From the NCBI GenBank assembly GCA_017435905.1, contig JAFSEB010000071.1, positions 8-64,007 of the forward strand: 64,000 nucleotides of DNA, given 5' to 3'. The notes below the pieces were generated by a model. It was not told where the DNA came from. It did not search any database and saw nothing but the letters and a program-made list of their open reading frames with translations. The translations under genes and the position numbers were made by a program. Positions 38,254 to 46,536 of this stretch are shown here, in pieces (within the stretch, counting starts at the first letter, position 1; each line of letters begins with the position of its first letter). The stretch is from Clostridia bacterium (GTDB lineage: Bacteria; Bacillota; Clostridia; Christensenellales; CAG-138).

Positions 38254-39449
38254 AGCGGCTGCGCATCAAATTCATCTGCATCACCATGGCCATCGTGACG
38301 GTAATGCTGTGCATTATTTTTGCACTTGTGCTCAGCACCACAAAGCATGACCTTGAAAAGCGAAGCGTTGCCATGATGGATCCGAACGGCGTTCCCGCTC
38401 ATCCGGCTCCGCCCGGTGAACCGCCCCGGATGCAGATACCGTCCTTCATTCTGGAATACGATGAAGCAGGCGTGCTCACCGTTTCCGGAGGTGAAGGGAT
38501 CGATCTTTACGATCCTGCGTTTTTGGAGGAGATCGCTTCCGAGGCTTTTTCCTCCAGGAAAGCGACCGACCTGATCCCCCGTTACCGGCTTCGCTTTTTC
38601 CGCAGCGGACCGCCCGATTCCGAAAGCGTGGTCTTTGCGGATGCGGAATATGAGCTGAAAACATATTCCGATCTTGTCAAAACCTGTCTTCTCATCGGCA
38701 GTATCAGCTTTGTACTGTTCCTTGGCATCACCGTTCTTCTTTCCGGCTGGGCGATCAAGCCCGTTGCAGCCGCATGGACGCAGCAAAAGCAGTTTATTGC
38801 AGATGCATCACACGAGCTGAAAACGCCGCTGACGGTCATCATGACAAACGCAGAGCTTCTGCAGGGCTCAACAGCCGATAATACGGAGCAAAAGCGTTTT
38901 TCGGAAAGCATCCTCACCATGTCCCGGCAGATGCGCAGCCTGGTGGAAAGCCTTCTGCAGCTTGCCCGTATCGATGCGGGGGCACCCCACACCGTCCTTT
39001 CGCAGGTGGATCTTTCCGCAGCGGTCAGCAGTGCGATCCTGCCCTTTGAAGCGGTGTTTTTTGAAAAAGGACTTCGGCTTTGCGAGATCATTGCACCGAA
39101 TATCCGTGTGAAGGGGATCGATGCCCAGCTTCGGCAGCTTGTGGAGATATTCCTTGACAATGCACAGAAATATGCAGACCCGGGAACCGAGGTCACCGTT
39201 TCTTTGCAGCCCGTAAACCGCAGCATGTGCAGGCTGAGCGTATCCAACTGCGGTGCGCCGCTTTCAGACGAAGAACTTCAAAACCTGTTCAAGCGGTTTT
39301 ACCGGGGCGACAAAGTCCGTACCATGAACCGCAGCTACGGTCTCGGCCTTGCCATTGCGGAAAGCATCGTGAAGGAGCACCGGGGCAGGATCGATGCACA
39401 AAGCAAGGACGGGATCAATACCTTCAGCGCCCTATTGCCCACGGCATAA
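38247..39449 (+). CDS. Sensor histidine kinase
   Basis: Two TMs; ADASHELKTPL, FLDNAQKY, FKRFYR, GLGLAI. Confidence 0.95.
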   Translation: MLKRLRIKFICITMAIVTVMLCIIFALVLSTTKHDLEKRSVAMMDPNGVPAHPAPPGEPPRMQIPSFILEYDEAGVLTVSGGEGIDLYDPAFLEEIASEAFSSRKATDLIPRYRLRFFRSGPPDSESVVFADAEYELKTYSDLVKTCLLIGSISFVLFLGITVLLSGWAIKPVAAAWTQQKQFIADASHELKTPLTVIMTNAELLQGSTADNTEQKRFSESILTMSRQMRSLVESLLQLARIDAGAPHTVLSQVDLSAAVSSAILPFEAVFFEKGLRLCEIIAPNIRVKGIDAQLRQLVEIFLDNAQKYADPGTEVTVSLQPVNRSMCRLSVSNCGAPLSDEELQNLFKRFYRGDKVRTMNRSYGLGLAIAESIVKEHRGRIDAQSKDGINTFSALLPTA

Positions 39450-39486
39450 AGCAAAAAGGCAAGGGCGTTCCATAAAATCGGTATCG

Positions 39487-39535
39487 CAAAACCGGGAAAC
39501 AGCATGATTTGCGTCATTCTGTTTCCCGGTTTTTC
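39487..39535 (+). terminator. Hairpin after the histidine kinase
   Basis: aaaaccgggaaacag...ctgtttcccggttttt. Confidence 0.7.
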
Positions 39536-39761
39536 AATTACAGGGTTTAGGGGAACCAACAAAATTCCATAAGGGCAAAAGAGTTGCCGAAAGAATTTGT
39601 GCCGCAGCAGGATCCTGCTTTGCGCATTTCTGCTTTTTCACACTACTCAAGAAGCATGAAAAAAACACACTTGCAGGTGCTATAATTGTTTCGGAATTAT
39701 TAGATGAGCTTTGCATTGGCAAAAAATCGACTTATCCTTTCAATGAAAGCGAGGAACGATT

Positions 39762-40103
39762 ATGCGTTATAAACGAATGATAAGCTTATTTCTGACCTTT
39801 GTAATGGCTTTAGGGTCACTGTCGGGTTGCGGCAGTAAGCCGGAGTCTACTGCAGCACCGGAAGAACCGGTCGCCGTATTGGATATCGGCGAGATGCAAA
39901 AAGAAGAACTGCTTGATATGAGCAAATTGGGGTTTTCACTGAATCATAGCAAGGAAAATAGCGATGCATGGCTCTCAAAGCCAAGCATCGCTATTATTCT
40001 GTTGCACTTCCGTATGGCATCAATATGCCGGCAGTACTCTCATGTTATCTTATCGGAAGTCACCCGACGGGGTATTCCGAAAAGGGTACTTTTTTTGTGT
40101 TGA
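39762..40103 (+). pseudogene. Probable truncated lipoprotein gene remnant
   Basis: GAGG RBS, signal peptide with LSGC lipobox, AT-richer than neighbours; 3' end runs through a hairpin up to the aspS stop. Confidence 0.5.
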
Positions 40104-40108
40104 TCCAT

Positions 40109-41902
40109 TTATTCTTCCACAACGGTCCTGATGTGGAGCTCGGTGAGCTGCTTATCTTCCACCACATTGGGGGCATCGGTCATCAGGCAGGATGCGGTCT
40201 GCACCTTCGGGAAGGCGATGACGTCACGGATGTTGGTGGTGCCGGTCATGAGCATCACAAGGCGGTCAAGACCGTAGGCGATGCCGCCGTGGGGAGGCGT
40301 GCCGTACTTGAAGGCATCGATGAAGTAGCCGAAGCGCTCGTGAGCCTGCTCCTGAGTGAAGCCGATGGTCTCGAACATCTTTTCCTGCAGCTCGGAGGAG
40401 TGGATACGGATGGAACCGCCGCCTGCCTCATAGCCGTTGATGACCATATCGTAGGCCTTTGCATGGGCCTTACCGGGGTCGGTATCAAGAAGCTCGATGT
40501 CTTCATCCTTGGGGCTGGTGAAGGGATGGTGGCAGGCAACGTAGCGGTTGTCTTCCTCATCCCACTCAAGCAGCGGGAAATCGGTGACCCAAAGCACATC
40601 AAACTTGGTCTGATCGATAAGGTCAAGCCGCTTGGCGATCTCGTTGCGCAGTGCGCCGAGGGAAGCGTAAACCACATCGTTCTTGGCATCCGCCACGAAG
40701 AAGAGGATGTCGCCGGTCTCGGCACCTGCAGCCTGCTGGATGCCTGCGATCTGCTCTTCGGTAAGGAACTTCGCAAAGGAGCACTGGAGGCCATCGGGCT
40801 TGAGGCTCATCCATGCCATACCCTTGGCACGGTAGATCTTCACGAACTCCACGAGCTCGTCGATCTTCTTGCGGGGGAACTTGTCCACGCCGCCCTTGAC
40901 GTTGATGCAGCGCACGCTGCCGCCGCCCTCGATGGCAGAGGTGAACACGCCAAAGCCGCAGCCCTTGACGATATCGGTGACGTTCACAAGTTCAAGGCCG
41001 AAACGGGTATCGGGCTTGTCGGAGCCGAAGCGGTCCATGGCTTCCTGCCAAGACAGCCTGCGCAGGGGCAGTTCAAGGTCGATGTCCTTGATCTCCTTGA
41101 GGAGGCGGGCGATGAAGCCTTCGTTGATGGCAAGAACATCATCCACATCCACAAAGGACATTTCCACGTCGATCTGGGTAAATTCGGGCTGACGGTCCGC
41201 ACGGAGATCCTCGTCACGGAAGCAGCGGGCAAGCTGGAAATAGCGGTCATAGCCGGCGATCATGAGCAGCTGCTTGAACTGCTGGGGGCTCTGGGGCAGC
41301 GCATAGAACTCGCCCGGATGCACACGGCTCGGTACGAGGTAATCACGGGCGCCTTCCGGCGTGGAGCGGCCGAGAACGGGGGTCTCGATCTCGAGGAAGC
41401 CCTCACCGTCGAAATAGCTGCGGGTGATCTGGGAGATGCGGTGGCGCATCATCATGATCTCCTGCATACGGGGACGGCGAAGGTCAAGGTAACGGTACTT
41501 CAGGCGAAGGTCTTCCTTGGTGTTCACGTTGTCGTCGATATAGAAAGGCGGCGTCTGTGCGGTGGAGAAGATCTTGAGTTCCTTTGCAATCACTTCAAAT
41601 TCGCCGGTCTTCATATCCTTGTTGACCATTTCGGGAGTGCGGCGGGCAAGGGTGCCCTTCACGGCGATGACATACTCGCTGCGGATGGTCTCCGCAAGGG
41701 CAAATACATCCTTCGCGATATCCGACTCGTTGAAGACGACCTGCATGAGGCCGCTGCGGTCACGCAGACCGATGAAGATGAGTGCACCGAGGTTGCGCCA
41801 GGTGCCGGCCCAACCCATCAGGGTGATCTCCTGTCCAACATGTTCGGCGGTAAGTTCGCCCACCCGGTGGGTACGCTTCCAGCCCTGCATCAATTCTGCC
41901 AT
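40109..41902 (-). CDS. aspS: Aspartate-tRNA ligase
   Basis: RLKYRYLDLRR, TPEGARDY, LPQSPQ, FRDEDLRADRQPEFTQ, PPHGGIAYGLDR. Confidence 0.98.
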   Translation of the reverse strand: MAELMQGWKRTHRVGELTAEHVGQEITLMGWAGTWRNLGALIFIGLRDRSGLMQVVFNESDIAKDVFALAETIRSEYVIAVKGTLARRTPEMVNKDMKTGEFEVIAKELKIFSTAQTPPFYIDDNVNTKEDLRLKYRYLDLRRPRMQEIMMMRHRISQITRSYFDGEGFLEIETPVLGRSTPEGARDYLVPSRVHPGEFYALPQSPQQFKQLLMIAGYDRYFQLARCFRDEDLRADRQPEFTQIDVEMSFVDVDDVLAINEGFIARLLKEIKDIDLELPLRRLSWQEAMDRFGSDKPDTRFGLELVNVTDIVKGCGFGVFTSAIEGGGSVRCINVKGGVDKFPRKKIDELVEFVKIYRAKGMAWMSLKPDGLQCSFAKFLTEEQIAGIQQAAGAETGDILFFVADAKNDVVYASLGALRNEIAKRLDLIDQTKFDVLWVTDFPLLEWDEEDNRYVACHHPFTSPKDEDIELLDTDPGKAHAKAYDMVINGYEAGGGSIRIHSSELQEKMFETIGFTQEQAHERFGYFIDAFKYGTPPHGGIAYGLDRLVMLMTGTTNIRDVIAFPKVQTASCLMTDAPNVVEDKQLTELHIRTVVEE

Positions 41903-41920
41903 ATGAATTCTCCTTTTCTT

Positions 41921-43183
41921 TTATGCGAGGATATTTTTAACGGTTGCAACAAATTCGGAAAGGGAAACTGTCAGTTCCTCACCCTTTTCCATGTTCTTGA
42001 GCTTTGCGATGCCCTGCTCGATCTCAGAGTCGCCAAGGATGGCAACGAACCTTGCGCCGAGCTTGTCCGCATACTTGAACTGCGCCTTGAAGCTCTTGCC
42101 CACGTGGTCGAATTCCGCCTTCACGTTGGCATCACGCAGTTCCTTCACAAGGCGCATGCCCTCTTTGCGGGCGGCTTCGCCCATGGCGGCAATGTACACG
42201 CCCACGGGACGGGGCAGCGGAATGGGACGGAAGGATTCCGCCACCAGCAGCAGCCTTTCCATGCCGAGACCGAAGCCTACGCCGGGCATCTTCGGGCCGC
42301 CAAGCTGCTCGAGAAGACCGTCATAACGGCCGCCGCCGCAGACGGTACCCTTGAACTGGCCTTCGGTGGAGATGATCTCGAACACGGTCTTGGTGTAATA
42401 GTCAAGGCCGCGGACGATCATCGGGTCCACATTGTAGGCAATGCCCATGGCTTCAAGGGCGCCCTTGAGCTCTTCAAAGTGGTTTGCGCAGTCATCGCAA
42501 AGGCAGTCGAGCATTTTCGGTGCGCCGGCGGTGATCTTCTTGCACTTTTCCTCCTTGCAGTCAAGAATGCGCAGGGGGTTCTTTTCAAAGCGGGTACGGC
42601 AGGTCTCGCAAAGGTCGTCATAGTTGGCGGCGAGATACTGCTTCAGCTTTTCGTTGTAAGCAGGGCGGCAGTTGGGGCAGCCGATGCTGTTTACATTGAC
42701 GCTGAGACCGCCGATGCCGAGGGTCTCAAACAGCTTGAGCGCAATGGAGATGCACTCCGCATCCACGCTTGCACGGGGTGCGCCGTAAACCTCCACGCCA
42801 AACTGGTGGTGCTCCCTGAGGCGGCCTGCCTGGGGCTTTTCATAGCGGAACACCGGGCAGGTGAGGTAATACATCTTCGTGGGCTGCGCTTCATTAAACA
42901 GCTTCGCCTCCATGAACATGCGGGCAACGCCGGCGGTGCCTTCGGGCTTGAGGGTCACGGAACGGTCGCCCTTATCGGTAAAGGTGTACATTTCCTTCTG
43001 TACGACATCCGTGGTATCGCCCACGGAGCGAAGGAACAGCTCCGTATGCTCGAGCACCGGGGTACGGGTCTCGTTAAAGCCGTAGACCTCGCAAAGGTCA
43101 CGGATAATGCCTTCGATATACTGCCACTTGTAGCTTTCCTTGGGGGTCACATCGCGCATCCCCTTGGGTACCTGATACTGCAT
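41921..43183 (-). CDS. hisS: Histidine-tRNA ligase
   Basis: PKGMRD, KEMYTF, LKPEGTA, RGLDYY, GGGRYD; AAGGAG RBS before ATG 43183. Confidence 0.98.
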   Translation of the reverse strand: MQYQVPKGMRDVTPKESYKWQYIEGIIRDLCEVYGFNETRTPVLEHTELFLRSVGDTTDVVQKEMYTFTDKGDRSVTLKPEGTAGVARMFMEAKLFNEAQPTKMYYLTCPVFRYEKPQAGRLREHHQFGVEVYGAPRASVDAECISIALKLFETLGIGGLSVNVNSIGCPNCRPAYNEKLKQYLAANYDDLCETCRTRFEKNPLRILDCKEEKCKKITAGAPKMLDCLCDDCANHFEELKGALEAMGIAYNVDPMIVRGLDYYTKTVFEIISTEGQFKGTVCGGGRYDGLLEQLGGPKMPGVGFGLGMERLLLVAESFRPIPLPRPVGVYIAAMGEAARKEGMRLVKELRDANVKAEFDHVGKSFKAQFKYADKLGARFVAILGDSEIEQGIAKLKNMEKGEELTVSLSEFVATVKNILA

Positions 43184-43214
43184 CCTGTTTCTCCTTCTCA
43201 CATAGTTCAAATAT

Positions 43215-43450
43215 AAAACAAGGGTTTTCCGTCCTTCGAACAAAAGGGACGGGAAACCCGCGGTGCCACCCTTGCTTGCGCACGCATATGCGCACGCCGC
43301 TTGATGCCGTTAACGCCGGCTTACGGCCATGCCTTATCAGCATGGCGGCTCACGGTCGTCCTTCACGCAGTTCCTTCCGGGGCGGCTTTCAGCCGGTGAC
43401 CGCCCTCTCTTTGCGGTTGAAAAAGCGCTACTTTTCCGCTCAACGCCTAT
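43215..43450 (-). promoter_or_regulatory. T-box riboswitch (specifier GAC, Asp)
   Basis: AGUA, AGAGA and GCUGA stem-I motifs; T-box AAGGGUGGCACCGCG (43273-43259); terminator GGGUUUCCCGUCC/GGACGGAAAACCC; GAC at 43360-43358 and 43357-43355. Confidence 0.93.
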
Positions 43451-43472
43451 TTACTCATTCTTATCTTTTTGC

Positions 43473-43501
43473 ATTATATCCGCGGCGAAAAGAATTGTCA
43501 A
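43473..43501 (-). promoter_or_regulatory. Consensus sigma-A promoter of hisS-aspS
   Basis: TTGACA-17-TATAAT exact. Confidence 0.9.
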
Positions 43502-43953
43502 CCACGGAAAAGGATCGCTTCGAGTTCCCTGACGCAGGCAGTCAAAACCGCCTCATCCGCCTCGGAAAAACGGTCAAAAACGGGGCTGTCCATATCGAGC
43601 ACGCCTACGGGTTCCCCTTCCCCGTTGCGGATGGGGATGACGATCTCGGAATTGGATGCGCTGTCGCAGGCAATGTGCCCCGGGAAATCGTGCACGTTCT
43701 TCACACGCAGGGTGCGGTTTTCGCTATATGCCGCACCGCATACGCCCTTTGCAAAGGGGATGTGCATGCAGGCGACCTTCCCCTGAAAAGGACCAAGGAT
43801 GAGTTCGCCGTTTTTGGCAAGGTAAAACCCTGCCCAGTTGATGCGGTCAAAGGCTTCGTTGATGAGCGCCGCCGCATTCGCAAGGCAGGCGGTCTCATCC
43901 GTTTCCCCTTCAAGCAGGGCACGAAGCTGTTTTGCAAGCAGATATTCTTTCAT
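43498..43953 (-). CDS. msrC: GAF-domain protein, free methionine-(R)-sulfoxide reductase
   Basis: NWAGFY, LGPFQGKVAC, GVCG, FPGHIACD..SNSEIVIP, VLDMDS. Confidence 0.88.
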   Translation of the reverse strand: MKEYLLAKQLRALLEGETDETACLANAAALINEAFDRINWAGFYLAKNGELILGPFQGKVACMHIPFAKGVCGAAYSENRTLRVKNVHDFPGHIACDSASNSEIVIPIRNGEGEPVGVLDMDSPVFDRFSEADEAVLTACVRELEAILFRG

Positions 43954-43964
43954 ACCGTCCCTTT

Positions 43965-45428
43965 TCAGCCGATGGAATAAAGCCGCAGCTTTTCCTCCGC
44001 CAGCCTGTCGATCTTTTCGATGTAGGTCTCAATGTTCTTCGGGTTTGGCACACGTTCCACCCTGCGTTCTGCATCGTAAATGCACTTTGTCATGGCGCCT
44101 GCGCCGTGTGCCATAATGGAAGTGGTATCCTCCATCATATCGATGTTGTAGATGCACTCCTTCCCTGCCTTTGCATAGCCCACGTTTTCAAGGTTGCCGC
44201 GCATGTACTTCTGCCGGTACATGTAGTAGGGCTTCATTTGGAGCGCCTTTGCCGCCTCCGCACCGAGGGATACCATCTCCTCTGCCGCCTCCGCTTCGGG
44301 CAGGGGGTACTCATCGAGTTTTTCCACCAGACGGGAGGAGCGTTTGAGCGCCAGCGTATGCACGGTCAGGTTGTCGGGTCCAAGCGCTACAATGGCATCA
44401 AGGGTGCGGCGCATATCCTCCGGCGTTTCGCCGGGAAGACCTGCGATCACGTCCATGTTGATGGAATCAAAGCCGGCGTTGCGTGCCATGTTGAAGGCGG
44501 TGACGATGGATTCCGGCGAATGGCTTCTGCCGATGAGTTCAAGGGTGCGTGCATTCATGCTTTGGGGGTTGATGGAAACACGCCCCACGCCGTATTTGCG
44601 CAGAACTTTGAATTTTTCTTCCGTGATGGTATCGGGACGTCCTGCTTCCACGGTAAATTCCGTGCCGAAGCCGCCGTATTCGCAAAGGGCATGGTCAAGA
44701 AGCCTGTCAAGCTCTTCCGCCGTCAGCACGGTGGGCGTGCCGCCGCCAAGGTACATGCTGCGCACCTTTCTGCCCGTCTCCTTTATGATGCGTACGCCGT
44801 GGGAGATATCCCGTTCAAGGGCAGCAAGGTAGGCTGCCATGTCAGTCTTTTTGGTGCGCACCTGAGAAGCAAAGGAGCAGTACAGACACCTTGAAGCGCA
44901 GTACGGGATACCGATATAGATATCCGCATCCGCCTTCGTCTGCGTGCGGAGGATGGGCATCTGCACGCCCACGATCTCCGATGCAAGGGAAAGCTTTTCC
45001 GGTGTAACATCGAAGTCCTCACGCATCATGCGAAGGGCTTCCTTTCCCCCTTCACGCTCTATGAGCTCCCGAAGCAGCCGTGTGGGACGGATGCCCGTCA
45101 GCGAGCCCCAGGGAAGCACAAGCCCCGTGGCTTCACGCATGGCACGGAAGGCAGCGATCTTCACCGCACGTTTGCGGCAGCGTTTTTCCTCCAGCGCATC
45201 GCCGGAGACGGCAGGGCGCTCATACACGGAAACGGCCTCCCGCCCGTCAAGGCAAATGCGTGCCGTAACGTGCCAAAGACCGTCCTTTTCTTCAAGAACA
45301 ACGGCTGCGCTGTTGCCGGAAACGCTCATTCCCTCTGCAGGGACGATCTCCTCCATGGCAAGGAACAGCCGAAGTTCATCTGCGATATCCGCAAAAAATG
45401 CGGTTTCATTCGTATAAAGGCTTACCAT
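43965..45428 (-). CDS. hemZ: HemZ radical SAM protein
   Basis: PWGSLTGIRPT, CASRCLYC, GGGTPT, VEAGRPD, PYYMYRQK. Confidence 0.93.
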   Translation of the reverse strand: MVSLYTNETAFFADIADELRLFLAMEEIVPAEGMSVSGNSAAVVLEEKDGLWHVTARICLDGREAVSVYERPAVSGDALEEKRCRKRAVKIAAFRAMREATGLVLPWGSLTGIRPTRLLRELIEREGGKEALRMMREDFDVTPEKLSLASEIVGVQMPILRTQTKADADIYIGIPYCASRCLYCSFASQVRTKKTDMAAYLAALERDISHGVRIIKETGRKVRSMYLGGGTPTVLTAEELDRLLDHALCEYGGFGTEFTVEAGRPDTITEEKFKVLRKYGVGRVSINPQSMNARTLELIGRSHSPESIVTAFNMARNAGFDSINMDVIAGLPGETPEDMRRTLDAIVALGPDNLTVHTLALKRSSRLVEKLDEYPLPEAEAAEEMVSLGAEAAKALQMKPYYMYRQKYMRGNLENVGYAKAGKECIYNIDMMEDTTSIMAHGAGAMTKCIYDAERRVERVPNPKNIETYIEKIDRLAEEKLRLYSIG

Positions 45429-46066
45429 TGTACATTGCCCCAGCTGCGCATGATGGGATTGTTGTCCCGTTCAAACTGCAGCGTCGTGCGCCGCATGTGG
45501 CCGGGATACACGGTATAATCGCCGGGCAAAGCAAACAGCGTGTATGCGATGGAAGAATAAAGTTCCTCCTCGCTGCCGCCCTTGAGGTCGCTTCTGCCAA
45601 CGCTCAAACGAAACAGCGTGTCGCCTGCAAAGATGGTGCGTTCCTCTTCAAGCAGGAAGCAGACGCTGCCCTTGGAGTGACCCGGCGTATGGAGCACTTT
45701 TACCCTAAAGCCGGCAGCATCGAATACCTCGCCGCCTTCAAGCAGCACATCCGCCGTGCAGGGAGGCACCTTGATGCCTGCCATCAAAGAAAGGCTTGCC
45801 TTGAAATCGTGAAGCGCCGCCTCATCCGCCCGGTGGATGCAAACCTTTGCACCGTATTCCTGCTGCAGCGCCGCCACTGCAAGGATATGGTCAAAATGGC
45901 CATGGGTCAAAAGCACATGGGTGGGCACAAGTTTTTCCCGTTCCATGACTTCCTTCACGGCTTTGAAATCGGAAGGGTCCACCACAAAACAGGTTCCTTC
46001 CCGTTTGCCGTACATGATATAGGTGTTTACATCCAAAGGCCCCGTAAGCAGGGTGATGGGTTCCAT
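45422..46066 (-). CDS. MBL-fold metallo-hydrolase (glyoxalase II-like)
   Basis: THGHFDH, HTPGHS, GDTLF, YPGH. Confidence 0.92.
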   Translation of the reverse strand: MEPITLLTGPLDVNTYIMYGKREGTCFVVDPSDFKAVKEVMEREKLVPTHVLLTHGHFDHILAVAALQQEYGAKVCIHRADEAALHDFKASLSLMAGIKVPPCTADVLLEGGEVFDAAGFRVKVLHTPGHSKGSVCFLLEEERTIFAGDTLFRLSVGRSDLKGGSEEELYSSIAYTLFALPGDYTVYPGHMRRTTLQFERDNNPIMRSWGNVQW

Positions 46067-46067
46067 A

Positions 46068-46514
46068 TCAGAAAGTCCTTTCGCTGTCAAGTAAGATGGT
46101 CACAGGGCCGTCGTTCACGAGGGCTACCTGCATATCCGCACCGAATTCGCCGGTCTCCACGGGAAGGGCTTCCCGAAGCCTGCGGATAGCCTCTTCGTAG
46201 AGGGGGATGGCTTTTTCCGGCCTTGCCGCATGGGAAAAGCTGGGGCGCCTGCCCTTTCGTGCATCACCGCAAAGGGTGAACTGGGATACCATCAGAATGG
46301 AGCCTTCCGCATCGAGGATGGAGCGGTTCATCTTGCCTTCCTCATCCTCAAAAATGCGGATCTTGAGAAGCTTGTCGCAGATATACTCCAAATCTTTTTC
46401 CGTATCGTTCTCATGGATGCCGAGAAGCACCATGTAGCCTTTTTCGATCTTTCCCGTGACGGCGCCTTCAACGGTAACGGAAGCGCCATTCACACGCTGC
46501 ACAACTGCACGCAT
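46068..46514 (-). CDS. dtd: D-aminoacyl-tRNA deacylase
   Basis: MRAVVQRV, SQFTL, KGRRPSF, NDGPVT. Confidence 0.97.
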   Translation of the reverse strand: MRAVVQRVNGASVTVEGAVTGKIEKGYMVLLGIHENDTEKDLEYICDKLLKIRIFEDEEGKMNRSILDAEGSILMVSQFTLCGDARKGRRPSFSHAARPEKAIPLYEEAIRRLREALPVETGEFGADMQVALVNDGPVTILLDSERTF

Positions 46515-46536
46515 GTACTTCCTCCTGTTTGCCGGG

